DNA of 64,000 nt from Terriglobales bacterium (GTDB taxonomy: Bacteria; Acidobacteriota; Terriglobia; Terriglobales; Acidobacteriaceae): assembly GCA_963823845.1 (NCBI GenBank), contig CAWGND010000008.1, positions 729,124-793,123 of the forward strand, written 5' to 3'. Shown here piece after piece: positions 27,112 through 38,043 of this stretch. The position numbers were made by a program, and so were the translations under genes. The notes beneath the pieces are model-generated. The model was not told the origin of the DNA, searched no databases, and worked only from the letters and a program-made list of their open reading frames with translations. Every line of letters starts with the position of its first letter. Within the stretch, counting starts at the first letter, position 1.

Positions 27112-28377
27112 TCACTCGTAGCGCAGAGCTTCAATGGGGTCGAGATTCGCCGCCTTCCACGCCGGGTAGATGCCGAAGACCAGCCCGATCATGCACGAGA
27201 CGGTAAAGCCGATCATCGCCCACATGCTAGACATGGTCGCGGGCAACGCGCTGAGCAGCAGACGTATCAGCAACGTGATAATACCTCCGACGACAATGCC
27301 GATGACACCTCCGAGCGCGCAGAGCGTAACGGCCTCAATGGTGAACTGCATGAGGATGTTGCGCTTGGTCGCGCCGATGGCTTTGCGCACGCCGATTTCT
27401 TTGGTGCGCTCCGTGACCGAAACAAGCATGATGTTCATCACGCCAACGCCGCCAACCATCAGGCCCACGCTGGAAACGGCAACCATGAAGATCGCGAGGC
27501 CCCCTGTGAGCTGGTTCCAGAGACGCGTCAGCGAATCAGGCGAGAAGATTTCGAAGTCATCCGCGCTTTCGACGCGGACCTTGCGGCGGCGGCGCAGCAG
27601 CTCGCGCACTTCGTCTTCAACCATGCTCCGGAACTGCGGATCGTCATACTTGACGCTGACCCAGACGCCTCCAGTGACTGCGTCCTCGGGATGAAGCTTC
27701 ATGAAGGTGCCGATCGGGAAGAAAGCCGCATTGTCATCCGGATTGCGCCCGCCGCCGAAGGCCTGCTTGCGCTTGTCGAAGACACCGATCACGGTGAAGG
27801 CATTGTTTTCAATGGTGACTTCCTTGCCGATGCCGCTCTCATTGCCGAAAAGCTCCTGTGCCGTGTCGTATCCCAGAATCGTTACATTGGCGCGCCGCTC
27901 GTCCTCCTCCTGGGTAAATATGCGGCCCTCGATGAGCGGAAGGTCGGCAACCTCAGACACCTGAACCGAGTCGCCCTGCAGAAGTGTGCCTTGTGCCTTC
28001 TTTTGGCCGTACTTCACACCGACAATCCCAGCCTGAAAGATCGGATTCACGTGGCGCACGCCGCCATCGGCAGCGACTACATGGGGCAAAGTCCGAATCG
28101 CTGCAACGTCGTCGAAGGTCAGCTTCTTCCGCGCCAGCATCTCCGCCGTCGGACGGACACCGATCACCGGCATGTGGTAGATCCAGAGCACGTTTGTCCC
28201 CAGCGAACTGACCCAGGCTTGCACATTGTTATTCAGTCCGCTGATGATCGATGAGATGGTGATGACCGTGGCCACACCGATCACAATGCCGAGTATGGTC
28301 AGCCCGGAGCGCAGTTTGTTCGTCCGCAGGGTCTCAAGCGCCATGCGAACTGCCTCACGCGAATCAGCAGCTGTCAT
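27112..28377 (-). CDS. ABC transporter permease, MacB/FtsX type (MacB_PCD + FtsX)
   Basis: 421 aa. Motifs are ALETLRTNKLRSGLTILGIVIGVATVI, VSVTERTKEIGVRKAIGATKRNIL and ANLDPIEALRYE. Confidence 0.88.
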   Translation of the reverse strand: MTAADSREAVRMALETLRTNKLRSGLTILGIVIGVATVITISSIISGLNNNVQAWVSSLGTNVLWIYHMPVIGVRPTAEMLARKKLTFDDVAAIRTLPHVVAADGGVRHVNPIFQAGIVGVKYGQKKAQGTLLQGDSVQVSEVADLPLIEGRIFTQEEDERRANVTILGYDTAQELFGNESGIGKEVTIENNAFTVIGVFDKRKQAFGGGRNPDDNAAFFPIGTFMKLHPEDAVTGGVWVSVKYDDPQFRSMVEDEVRELLRRRRKVRVESADDFEIFSPDSLTRLWNQLTGGLAIFMVAVSSVGLMVGGVGVMNIMLVSVTERTKEIGVRKAIGATKRNILMQFTIEAVTLCALGGVIGIVVGGIITLLIRLLLSALPATMSSMWAMIGFTVSCMIGLVFGIYPAWKAANLDPIEALRYE

Positions 28378-28413
28378 CTCAATCGTCCTTTCTCAGTGTC
28401 CCGGTACAGCGCA

Positions 28414-29640
<1,227 letters not shown>

Positions 29641-29797
29641 GAAGTGATGATCCGGTTGTTCCGCAACTGGAGGAGGTGTGACCTAAGCATACGCCACTCC
29701 TTGGCGCACAAGACACACTCTCGCCCTGCCGAGAAAGATACGAGATGAGTGGAAGATTGGTTCCCTTGAGCGGATGCTTCTTCGACGACGCAAGGGT

Positions 29798-30844
29798 CTA
29801 CTGCAGCGGTAGCCCGATCCCGTTCGGAGAGATCGGCTGCGTTGGCCGCTGGGCAAATTCGCGCTCGATGCGCTCGTTGATTCCCGCCTGAGCAAACTCC
29901 GCCGCGACGCGAATACCGTTGTAGATTGCTCGTTCATTCGACGAGCCGTGGCCGATGATGCAGACGCCGCGGACGCCGAGCAGCGGCGCTCCACCGTACT
30001 CGGATGGGTCGAGCCGCTTCTTGAAGGCATTGAAAGCCTTGCGTGAGAGGAGTGCGCCGACCTGAGCCGTCACCGTTGTGTTCAGCGATTGCTTCAGCAT
30101 GTCGCGCACGAGCTTGGTCAGTCCTTCGGAAGTCTTCAGAGCGACGTTTCCGACAAAGCCGTCGCAGATGATCACGTCCGCGTGGCCGTTGTAGATATCG
30201 CGGCCTTCGACGTTCCCGATAAAGTTGATGGGCAGCTGCTTCATCAGAGGCAGGGTTTCCGCGATAAGCTCGTTGCCCTTGCCTTCTTCTTCGCCGATCG
30301 AAAGCAGGCCGACGCGCGGGCGCGAGATCTTCAGCACGCTGCGCGCATACATTTCGCCCATGACGGCGAACTGTTCGAGGTTGTGGGGCTTGCAATCGAC
30401 GTTCGCGCCTACATCCAGCAGGATGCATGGTGTACCTGCCGATGTGGGCACCACCACGGCGAGCGCTGGGCGATCGACTCCCGGCAGGGCACCGAGGACC
30501 ATCTTGGCCGTGGCCATTCCAGCGCCCGTATTGCCGGCGGTAAAGAATCCAGCGACCTTCTTGTCGCGAACCAGACGCAGACCGACACGCATGGAACTGT
30601 CGCGCTTGGAGCGGACTGCACTTGCAGCCTTTTCGTTCATGCCGATGTGTTCGCTGGCGTGAACGACGTGGATAGGCAGACGCTCACCGTCCAGATACTC
30701 GTTGAGCAGCGGGCGTATACGCTCCTGCGGACCCACCAAGTGCATTTGCACAGGCAGCGTGCGGCAGGCAAGAATAGCGCCCCGAATCTCCGGCTCAGGC
30801 GCCTTGTCGGCGCCCATAGCATCGAGAGCGATGTGGGTCAGCAT
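29798..30844 (-). CDS. plsX: Phosphate acyltransferase PlsX
   Basis: 348 aa. Motifs are [43 protein letters not shown] and GAPLLGV.G..IIGHGSS. Confidence 0.93.
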   Translation of the reverse strand: MLTHIALDAMGADKAPEPEIRGAILACRTLPVQMHLVGPQERIRPLLNEYLDGERLPIHVVHASEHIGMNEKAASAVRSKRDSSMRVGLRLVRDKKVAGFFTAGNTGAGMATAKMVLGALPGVDRPALAVVVPTSAGTPCILLDVGANVDCKPHNLEQFAVMGEMYARSVLKISRPRVGLLSIGEEEGKGNELIAETLPLMKQLPINFIGNVEGRDIYNGHADVIICDGFVGNVALKTSEGLTKLVRDMLKQSLNTTVTAQVGALLSRKAFNAFKKRLDPSEYGGAPLLGVRGVCIIGHGSSNERAIYNGIRVAAEFAQAGINERIEREFAQRPTQPISPNGIGLPLQ

Positions 30845-30854
30845 CGTGGCTGAA

Positions 30855-31040
30855 CTAGCTGGCTTCCTTCACGTCGAGCACTTCGCGGCCCTTGTACGTA
30901 CCGCACTTGGGGCAGGCACGGTGAGGCAGCTTGCGCTCATGGCAGTTCGGGCACTCAGAGATACCGGTGGCGGTCAGCGCATCATGTGCGCGGCGTTTGG
31001 AGGTGCGGGCCTTGGAGTGGCGCCGCTTTGGATTCGGCAT
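30855..31040 (-). CDS. rpmF: 50S ribosomal protein L32
   Basis: 61 aa: [22 protein letters not shown]...[25 protein letters not shown]. Confidence 0.95.
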   Translation of the reverse strand: MPNPKRRHSKARTSKRRAHDALTATGISECPNCHERKLPHRACPKCGTYKGREVLDVKEAS

Positions 31041-31111
31041 TACAGATTCCTTTCATACAAACAGCCCGCCGAATCTCATTCCCGAGGCAGGCACGGCTGT
31101 TCCTTGAAACT

Positions 31112-31675
31112 TTACGACTTCATCCGGCTGCCCAGATCCGACAACGCTGCCCAGCGCGGGTCAACGGGCACAGCATTGCAGGTACAGGCTTCGGAGTTCA
31201 GGTTCTGACCGCAGCGCGGGCAAAGTCCTTTACAGTCCTGGCGGCAGAGCGTTCTTGCGGGCAGGGACAAAAGCACCTGCTCCCGTAGTACATCTTCAAG
31301 TACGAGTCCGCTCTTATGATAATAACCGATTTCGGTTTCATCTGTGTTAATCGAGTGCTCAGCAGGGCCTTGATCGACTCCCAAAGGCCGGAAAATGAGG
31401 TCGAAATCGCCTTTTAACGCGTGCTCCACAGGCTCCAGGCAGCGGGCGCAGGCCACTTCCACCTTGCCCTGATACTTCCCCCTCAGCCGGATGTCCGGAA
31501 CGATCTCTCGCGGTCCGCGATGCTCTTCGATCACCTCGGCGCGCCCGACCACTGCAAGCGATCCTACTTGCCGGACATCTTCGCTGTAATCGATTTCGCC
31601 AGAGGAAAGAGAAACGTCAAATGCAAGAGGTTCCCGCTCAAGATCGGGGATGGTAATCAGCATGGCAAGCCTCAC
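31112..31675 (-). CDS. yceD: YceD/DUF177 family protein (upstream partner of rpmF)
   Basis: 187 aa. It contains CARCLEPV and a C-terminal CxxxCxGLCPxCGxNLN Cys cluster, and sits in the conserved position upstream of rpmF-plsX. Confidence 0.85.
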   Translation of the reverse strand: MRLAMLITIPDLEREPLAFDVSLSSGEIDYSEDVRQVGSLAVVGRAEVIEEHRGPREIVPDIRLRGKYQGKVEVACARCLEPVEHALKGDFDLIFRPLGVDQGPAEHSINTDETEIGYYHKSGLVLEDVLREQVLLSLPARTLCRQDCKGLCPRCGQNLNSEACTCNAVPVDPRWAALSDLGSRMKS

Positions 31676-31794
31676 GAATTCGGGAAGTATACTTAAAGGG
31701 TAAGGACGGAAGCCCTGCGGGTCAAATAGCGCCTAGGACGAAATTAAAGCTAGTGTAGAAAGACTCCTGATCTCTGCCCCACCCCCTGGGGTAT

Positions 31795-31869
31795 TCTGTA
31801 CGGAGATCGTTTAGTTTCATGTACTTATGGCAGATCTCTGTACGGAGATCGGTTGTTTTCAATGACTTA
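31795..31869. repeat. Two tandem ~33-bp repeat units, 42 bp apart
   Basis: TCTGTACGGAGATCGTTTAGTTTCATGTACTTA (31795-31827) and TCTGTACGGAGATCGGTTGTTTTCAATGACTTA (31837-31869). The first 15 nt are identical and about 27/33 match overall. Copy 2 is embedded in the palindrome GATCTC-TGTACG-GAGATC (31833-31850). Confidence 0.8.
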
Positions 31870-31899
31870 GGCTCATTCGCTACCTAAATCACCTGAAAT

Positions 31900-31916
31900 C
31901 TGTGCCTTAGGCACAG
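31900..31916. promoter_or_regulatory. Perfect 17-bp palindrome in the divergent intergenic region
   Basis: CTGTGCC-TTA-GGCACAG has 7-bp arms and a 3-nt spacer. It lies between the yceD operon and the 32199 gene. Its function is unknown (operator or small hairpin). Confidence 0.35.
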
Positions 31917-32198
31917 GCAACGCTCCGCCCCCGGAATGATGGCTCCCTATGTCTATTATACGAAATTCACAGACAACATCGGCGAAGGGTAGCGCAGATG
32001 CAAGGTTCCTGAAATGAGCCGCTTAGGTGCAAGGGAACTCGGCTCGGCTTTTGACAAAGAATTTCCACAGGACGCGGAATGAAGTGTATCTGTCACCGAG
32101 ACGCGATCAGGCGCGGCTGAACCTTCCTGAACTCCAGATGATGTCCTTCGAGAAATCTATCCAACTGATCTGCGCTACAGCCCCTCTAACAGGAGGCA

Positions 32199-33263
32199 GT
32201 GAATCGCCCACGCACGATCCTTCTCGTTTCCATCATCGCAATTGCCATCTTTTGCCTCGGTTGGATCTTCTGGCAGATGCGGTCGCCTTCGGCTGCTCCC
32301 ATGCAGGCAGCATCAGCGTCTGGAGCGGTCAGCGCGCCCAACGCGAACGATGACCTCGCACCAACCTCGTTCTACGCACACAACATACTCCTCCGCAAAG
32401 GGCCGAGCTTTCGCGTCTATATCCGCTGGATCAGCGGAGAAATGGAGCGCACCCGCCCGCAGGTCACGCCGTCCTTCGACGACCCCGATTCTTTCGTTCT
32501 GCAAATTCGAAAGGGCGTCATTCGCGCCAATATCGGAGACCTTGCCAATTACCTCACCGTAAGCTCTCCCTCCGACGCCCCGCTCAAAAATATCTCGGTC
32601 CTCCCCGACGGGGATCAGCTCAAAGTGCATGGAACCGCACATAAGGTCATTCCCATTCCGGTCGAGATCGAAGGACAGCTTTCGTGCACCCCGGATGGCC
32701 GCATACAATTCCACCTCGTAAAGATCAGTGCGCTGAAGATTCCGTTGAAGGGTCTCCTTGGCGGTTTCCACATCGAACTTTCTGATCTGGTGCACGCGAC
32801 CAACTTCCCCGGCATTCAGGTCGCGGGAAACGACATCTTTTTCGACACCACAAAAGTGCTTCCTCCACCTCACATCCACGGCCTGCTTACTTCTGTGACG
32901 GTAAAGCCTCCTGACATTGAAGCCATTTACGGCAACGCGCCCAACGATGACGCTGCGTTGGCCAAGTGGCACAACTTTCTGCGCCTCGAAGGGGGCACGC
33001 TCGACTTCGGCAAACTGACCATGCACAACGTCGATCTCACATTGATCGACGCTTCCCAGGATCCGTGGTTCGATCTCGATCTCGTGAACTATCAGGCCCA
33101 GATCGTCGGTAGCACCACCCGCATGACTGCCCAGGCCGGACTTGAGATTTTCATGCCTGACGTGGATGACAAAGCTCCCCCGAAGGTCGCTCAGGGCATT
33201 ACTCTCGAATGGTTGAAAAATCGCAATCGCGCGGTGCCAGCCGATGTGGAAGTCGCGAAGTAG
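32199..33263 (+). CDS. Hypothetical N-terminally anchored protein
   Basis: 354 aa. A strong RBS (AGGAGG) lies upstream of a GTG start. It has a single N-terminal TM (ILLVSIIAIAIFCLGWIFW). No family was recognised. Confidence 0.6.
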   Translation: MNRPRTILLVSIIAIAIFCLGWIFWQMRSPSAAPMQAASASGAVSAPNANDDLAPTSFYAHNILLRKGPSFRVYIRWISGEMERTRPQVTPSFDDPDSFVLQIRKGVIRANIGDLANYLTVSSPSDAPLKNISVLPDGDQLKVHGTAHKVIPIPVEIEGQLSCTPDGRIQFHLVKISALKIPLKGLLGGFHIELSDLVHATNFPGIQVAGNDIFFDTTKVLPPPHIHGLLTSVTVKPPDIEAIYGNAPNDDAALAKWHNFLRLEGGTLDFGKLTMHNVDLTLIDASQDPWFDLDLVNYQAQIVGSTTRMTAQAGLEIFMPDVDDKAPPKVAQGITLEWLKNRNRAVPADVEVAK

Positions 33264-33878
33264 TTAACTTCTATTGCAGAGTGGCCAGTCGCCGGACGCA
33301 AATAGCCGGATGGCCGCTATGCCAGCCGCACCTGCATCCACGCAAGGCTGAGCATTTCTGGCGGTCACCCCGCCCAGCGCGAAGACTGGCACAGATCCGG
33401 CAACTCGACACGCTGCGGCAAGGGCATGCAATCCCTGCCCGGGGTTAATTTCAGTACCTGAGCGTTTCTCGAATACCGGCGCGAAGATGACCAGGGTCGC
33501 ACCCAGGTCGCGAGCCCGTTCGACGTCAGAAAGCGTATGGCTGGAGACGCTGACGACCGGATCGACGACGAGTTTACTGAGAACCACCCTGGCAGCCGCA
33601 ATATCGGAGCCGGACAGGCCTGCCGGCAAGTGGACACCGTCACAGCCGGTCGCGACCGCCGTCTCCGCCGGGCCATTCAAGAGGACGCGCGCATGCCCCC
33701 CGGACGAGCGTACGGCGCTGACAATTCCGGCAGCCAGCGGGAAGAGGTCAGATGGGGCAAGGTCTTTCTCGCGAATCTGGATGTAATCCACGCCGCCTCT
33801 GGCCCACAAAGCCGCCTGCTTTATCAGAGCCTCGTGGCTGGAAAAAAGCCCGCGATCGGTAATAGCGTAAAGTTGCAC
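33264..33878 (-). CDS. thiE: Thiamine-phosphate synthase
   Basis: 204 aa: MQLYAITDR...VDYIQIREKDL...GVHLP...FAPVF...GL...LGGV.... Confidence 0.85.
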   Translation of the reverse strand: MQLYAITDRGLFSSHEALIKQAALWARGGVDYIQIREKDLAPSDLFPLAAGIVSAVRSSGGHARVLLNGPAETAVATGCDGVHLPAGLSGSDIAAARVVLSKLVVDPVVSVSSHTLSDVERARDLGATLVIFAPVFEKRSGTEINPGQGLHALAAACRVAGSVPVFALGGVTARNAQPCVDAGAAGIAAIRLFASGDWPLCNRS

Positions 33879-34050
33879 TGTTCAAAGTGTAGCGGGCAGG
33901 GATTAGAATCATCTTCCGGAACGGTGGCCCAAAAGCGCACCGAATTCACCGAGTCGCAAAACAGATTTGCACAAAGTTGCCAGTCGCAGAGTTACAGTAG
34001 GGTGTTGCATCCGAGAACTTTAACCATATCCTGAACACCGCGGACTCCTC

Positions 34051-35445
34051 ATGGACACATACGATTTGCTCGTCATCGGCTCTGGCCCTTCCGGACAACG
34101 CGCTGCAGTTTCCGCGGTAAAGAAGGGGAAGCGTGTTGCGCTGGTGGAGATGCGCAGCGTAGTAGGCGGCGTCTGTATCAACACAGGCACCATCCCCAGC
34201 AAGACGATGCGCGAGGCTGTGCTGCATCTCTCCGGCTATACATACCGCTCGATCTATGGCATGAACTACCGCGTGAAGGAAAAGATCACGATGTCCGATC
34301 TCGCCTTCCGCGTGCAGCACGTCATCAAGACGGAGATCGACGTAACCGACGCGCAGCTCTCGCGCAATGGCGTTGAGGTGCTGAACGGCGTCGCGAGTTT
34401 TACTGACCCAAACTCCCTTCGCGTGGAAGGCGCGCGCGGCACTCATACTTATCATGCCGAAAAAATCATCATCGCCGTGGGTACCAAGCCGGCAGCCACG
34501 CCGACTGTGCCGATCAATGGGAAGACCATCGTCAACAGCGACCAGGTCCTCGAGATCCCCGAACTGCCGAAGACGCTGATTGTCGTCGGCGGCGGCGTCA
34601 TCGGCGTCGAGTACACCTGCATGTTCGCCGCGCTCGGCGTGCGCGTCACGCTGGTGGAGAAGCGCCCCAAGCTGCTCGAATTTGCCGATCAGGAGATCGT
34701 CGAAGCACTCAGCTACCACCTGCGCGACAGCCGCGTGACCATGCGCCTCGCCGAGGAAGTGGAGAGCGTCGAAGAGGCACCGAACGGCACGGTAGTCGCC
34801 AATCTTGAAAGCAAGAAGCGCATCTCCGGCGACGCACTGCTCTATGCGGTTGGCCGCCAAGGCAATATCGACGAACTGAACCTGTCGGCTGCCGGCATCG
34901 AAGCCGATAAGCGTGGACGCATTCCGGTCGATAAGGACTTCCGCACCAAGGTGCCGCATATCTTCGCCGCCGGCGACGTGATCGGCTTCCCCAGCCTGGC
35001 TTCCGTTTCGATGGAGCAGGGCCGCATTGCCGTGGCGCGCGCTTTCGGGGATGAGACTGAGCAGTCCAACCCCAGCTTCTACCCTTACGGCATCTACACG
35101 ATTCCGGAGATCTCCTTTATCGGCAAGACCGAAGAGCAGCTGACGGAAGAAGACGTTCCCTACGAAGTAGGGGTAGCGTATTATCGCGAGATTGCGCGCG
35201 GACAGATTCGCGGCGACACAACCGGGCGGTTGAAACTGATTTTCCATCGCGAGACGCGGGAGATTCTCGGCGTGCACATTATTGGCGAGGGCGCGGCAGA
35301 GCTGGTGCATATCGGTCAGGCCGTCATGGCTTTGGGCGGCAAGGTAGACTACTTCATCGATACGGTGTTTAACTATCCCACCCTGGCTGAGTGCTACAAG
35401 GCGGCCGCCTTTAACGGCATCAACCGCCTGGCGAAATTTGAATAG
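34051..35445 (+). CDS. sthA: Soluble pyridine nucleotide transhydrogenase (Si-specific NAD(P)+ transhydrogenase)
   Basis: 464 aa. YDLLVIGSGPSGQRAA is the FAD-binding motif. GGVCINTGTIPSK has a single Cys, which is SthA-type rather than the CxxxxC of lipoamide dehydrogenase. IVVGGGVIGVEY is the NAD-binding motif. FNYPTLAECYK is also present. Confidence 0.85.
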   Translation: MDTYDLLVIGSGPSGQRAAVSAVKKGKRVALVEMRSVVGGVCINTGTIPSKTMREAVLHLSGYTYRSIYGMNYRVKEKITMSDLAFRVQHVIKTEIDVTDAQLSRNGVEVLNGVASFTDPNSLRVEGARGTHTYHAEKIIIAVGTKPAATPTVPINGKTIVNSDQVLEIPELPKTLIVVGGGVIGVEYTCMFAALGVRVTLVEKRPKLLEFADQEIVEALSYHLRDSRVTMRLAEEVESVEEAPNGTVVANLESKKRISGDALLYAVGRQGNIDELNLSAAGIEADKRGRIPVDKDFRTKVPHIFAAGDVIGFPSLASVSMEQGRIAVARAFGDETEQSNPSFYPYGIYTIPEISFIGKTEEQLTEEDVPYEVGVAYYREIARGQIRGDTTGRLKLIFHRETREILGVHIIGEGAAELVHIGQAVMALGGKVDYFIDTVFNYPTLAECYKAAAFNGINRLAKFE

Positions 35446-35471
35446 CACACTCCAGAGGTAAAGAGGGCAAC

Positions 35472-36368
35472 ATGGCAAAGACCATCGGCGTTGTGATGAC
35501 AGAGGCGATCCGTTCCGGATTCGTTGAAGATCACAAGATCACAGGCAATGCGCGCAGATTCCCGGAAAACATGGACGAGCACGAAGGGCTCATCGATGTC
35601 CCGGCCGACGCTCTCAGCGAGAGCATATGCGATGAGATCAAGGCCATCATTCCTGACGGAACGAAAATTGACGCCATCGGGGTAGCCATGCCCGGCATCA
35701 TCCGCAACGGCATTGTGGAGGATTCGCCGAACCTTCCGCAGCTGAAAGGCGCACACGTAGCCGACGCGGTGCAAACGGGGTTAAAAGCGCGCGGCATCGA
35801 CTGTCGCGTCAGCGTCTTCAACGATGCCGACGCTGCCGCCGCGGGACTCGCGGCAACCCGGCGCCAGCTCGACCGGCTGATCCGCGTGTGGACGATCGGC
35901 AATGGCATCGGATTTGGGCGCTACCCGTATGCGGAAGGTCCATGGGAGGGCGGCCATACCATCATCTCGCTCGATCCGAAAGAGAACTATTGCGGATGCG
36001 GAGGCCGCGGACACCTCGAAGGCATTATGGGCCATCGCGCCATGCGCCTGCGCTTCCTTGATTTGGAACCGGATGAAGTCTTCGCCGCCGCCAAAAAGGG
36101 CGACAAGCGCTGCCTGGAGTTCGTCGAGCGCTACCATCGCGCACTCGCGGCAGCCACGGCAACCCAGATTCACCTTGAAGGTCCTGGCAAGTTCTACTTC
36201 ACGGGCCGCGACATTTCCCGTCTCGACATCACCCGGCTCAAGCAATATCTCTACGAAATGGTAAAGATGAGCCCGCTGCAGAGCTACACGCTCGAAATCC
36301 TGACTGAAGACCCGGCGATCAGTATCATCGGCGCTGGAACGGCAGCCGAGCAGTCAGCGAAGTCCTAG
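35472..36368 (+). CDS. ROK-family sugar kinase (glucokinase-like)
   Basis: 298 aa. Motifs are GVAMPGII, NDADAAA, and the ROK zinc motif CGCGGRGHLE. Confidence 0.8.
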   Translation: MAKTIGVVMTEAIRSGFVEDHKITGNARRFPENMDEHEGLIDVPADALSESICDEIKAIIPDGTKIDAIGVAMPGIIRNGIVEDSPNLPQLKGAHVADAVQTGLKARGIDCRVSVFNDADAAAAGLAATRRQLDRLIRVWTIGNGIGFGRYPYAEGPWEGGHTIISLDPKENYCGCGGRGHLEGIMGHRAMRLRFLDLEPDEVFAAAKKGDKRCLEFVERYHRALAAATATQIHLEGPGKFYFTGRDISRLDITRLKQYLYEMVKMSPLQSYTLEILTEDPAISIIGAGTAAEQSAKS

Positions 36369-36392
36369 AGACCAGCCCGGAGATAGTCCGGT

Positions 36393-38024
36393 TTGAAACT
36401 GAAACTGACCGCCGTCGTATGCCTCTGCTCGCTGGTTTCGATCCTTTGCTTCGCCATTTACGGATATGCGGGAACCGACTACAGTTACCACCTCTCCTCG
36501 TGGATGGATTACTCTGCAGCATGGAAGAGTGGCGTTCCTTACCCGGCCTGGGCGGCGAGAGCGAATTTTGGATTAGGTGAGCCGCGCTTTTTTTTCTATC
36601 CGCCAATTTCTCTGTGGTTCGGCTCAATTCTCTTTCTCATCCTGCCGCTCAAAATCGTTCCGGCGGCATACACGTGGCTGACTTTCTGTCTGGCTGGCTT
36701 TTCAATGTATCGGCTAAGCAGCCTATTTCTGCCCGAGCAGGACCGGCTGAAGGCGGCGGCGCTCTATTGTTTGAGCTATTTTCCCTTGATCACCGCGTCC
36801 AAGCACTTTGCTATAGCAGAGCTGCTGACCGATGCTTTTCTGCCCATCATCTGTTTCTTCTTTCTTAAGGTGCTGTTCCAGGAGCAGGTCGGCGCATTCG
36901 TGGGATTGACCATCGGTCTCGCGCTGGCCTGCCAGACCGACGTTCCAGCAGCGATCGACATTGCTTACACACTGTTTCTCGGGGCCAGCATTTTTCTTCT
37001 TAAGAAGCGAAAAGCCCGTGCTTTTTTCATGTATGCCGGCGCGCAGGCGCTGGCTCTGCTGTTGAGCGCATGGTATCTGCTGCCGGCTTTTCTGACGAAG
37101 CGGGAGATTGGCGCGGATTCGTATCTCGCTTATGACTTCCGCTACCTTTTTGCGAGGACTACCTCGGCGCTCCTCGACGAAACGCTGTCAGTCCTGGCAA
37201 CGATCTCATTGCTGATTCTGATTTTTTGCCTGTACCGCCTGCGGCAAAGCCCCAGGCGAGCGGACGGCCTCCGTCTCCTGATTTATCTCGGCTTCATCGC
37301 TTTCTTTTTTCAGCTTCCTTTTACCCGCCGGCTTTGGGACCATCTTCCGGAGCTGCGAATTGTTGGCTTTCCCTTCCGCTTCCAGATTTTTCTGGCTATC
37401 GCTTTGCCGCTGGCGGTACTCGCGCTTCGTCCGGTTATGAAGCTGCGCACGTGGGTGTTTCTGCTGTATGCAATTTTCGCTGTGCTTCCGTTGTTGTCCT
37501 ACTGGATATGGGTCCGTGCGCACGGCGCTTTCCCGCCAATCCGCGAATACGCACGCTCACTAGACGGCGGTTCGATTGGCATGCTGGAATACGCGCCTGC
37601 AGGCACGGGAGGGATTGCCCTACTAGACGCTGAACAGCAGCCTCGCATTGGACTCGTCTCATCTACCGAAATTGGCTGTTTGGCCAGCGTGGAAAAATGG
37701 CTACCCGAGAGCAAACAGATCGAGGTAACCGCGCCGGCTCCGTGCACCTATCACCTTCGTCTCTACTACTTTCCGTTCTGGCATCTCTTCATGGATGGGA
37801 AGACGCTGCCGGCATCCTTTGACAACACCGGGCTGATCGTCTTCAGTTTGCCGCCCGGGAAGCATCGTATCGAAGCCCGTTTTGATCGACCGAGTGGACC
37901 TCTGCTTGCTGGCACAGCTGTCGCTTGTGTCGTATTGCTGCTCCTGGCAGGTCTGCTGTTACGGGAAAGACGCAGGTCGCTGGCCTCTGATCTAACGACT
38001 GGTGGGCTTTGCGCAGGTGCGTAA
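36393..38024 (+). CDS. Polytopic membrane protein, GT-C-like putative glycosyltransferase (family uncertain)
   Basis: 543 aa with a TTG start. It has about 11 or more TM segments followed by a soluble C-terminal domain. The N-terminus is DYSYHLSSWMDYSAAWKSGVPYPAWAARANFGLGEPRFFFYPPIS. Confidence 0.6.
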   Translation: MKLKLTAVVCLCSLVSILCFAIYGYAGTDYSYHLSSWMDYSAAWKSGVPYPAWAARANFGLGEPRFFFYPPISLWFGSILFLILPLKIVPAAYTWLTFCLAGFSMYRLSSLFLPEQDRLKAAALYCLSYFPLITASKHFAIAELLTDAFLPIICFFFLKVLFQEQVGAFVGLTIGLALACQTDVPAAIDIAYTLFLGASIFLLKKRKARAFFMYAGAQALALLLSAWYLLPAFLTKREIGADSYLAYDFRYLFARTTSALLDETLSVLATISLLILIFCLYRLRQSPRRADGLRLLIYLGFIAFFFQLPFTRRLWDHLPELRIVGFPFRFQIFLAIALPLAVLALRPVMKLRTWVFLLYAIFAVLPLLSYWIWVRAHGAFPPIREYARSLDGGSIGMLEYAPAGTGGIALLDAEQQPRIGLVSSTEIGCLASVEKWLPESKQIEVTAPAPCTYHLRLYYFPFWHLFMDGKTLPASFDNTGLIVFSLPPGKHRIEARFDRPSGPLLAGTAVACVVLLLLAGLLLRERRRSLASDLTTGGLCAGA

Positions 38025-38043
38025 AATTTCAGCCGGTCTGAGA

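Noticed and set aside
31795-31869. Considered whether the direct repeats could be a mini CRISPR array
   Set aside because: There are only two imperfect units with a 9-nt spacer, and no cas genes are present. The geometry is incompatible with a CRISPR array.
31985-32040. A tRNA-like piece: an anticodon-type stem-loop GGTTC-CTGAAAT-GAGCC (32004-32020) with a Phe GAA anticodon context, preceded by GGGTAGCGCAG
   Set aside because: No complementary acceptor stem, no D-stem pairing and no T-arm (no GTTCRA motif) could be built around it. It is not a tRNA gene, and at most it is a chance resemblance.
33261-33266. The convergent genes 32199-33263 (+) and thiE (-) have directly abutting stop codons (TAG TTA) with no intergenic space
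   Set aside because: This is noted as a compact arrangement only. There is no evidence of anything beyond tight packing.
33879-34050. Looked for a TPP riboswitch upstream of thiE
   Set aside because: The conserved CUGAGA / ACCUGAUCUGGAUAAUGCCAGCG-type elements are not present on the minus strand of this spacer.
33946-35478. A 510-aa ORF on the minus strand covering the whole sthA region
   Set aside because: It lies antisense to a confidently recognised flavoprotein gene (FAD and NAD motifs on the + strand). Its translation is low-complexity and rich in Ala, Arg, Gly and His. This is a typical shadow ORF of GC-rich DNA.
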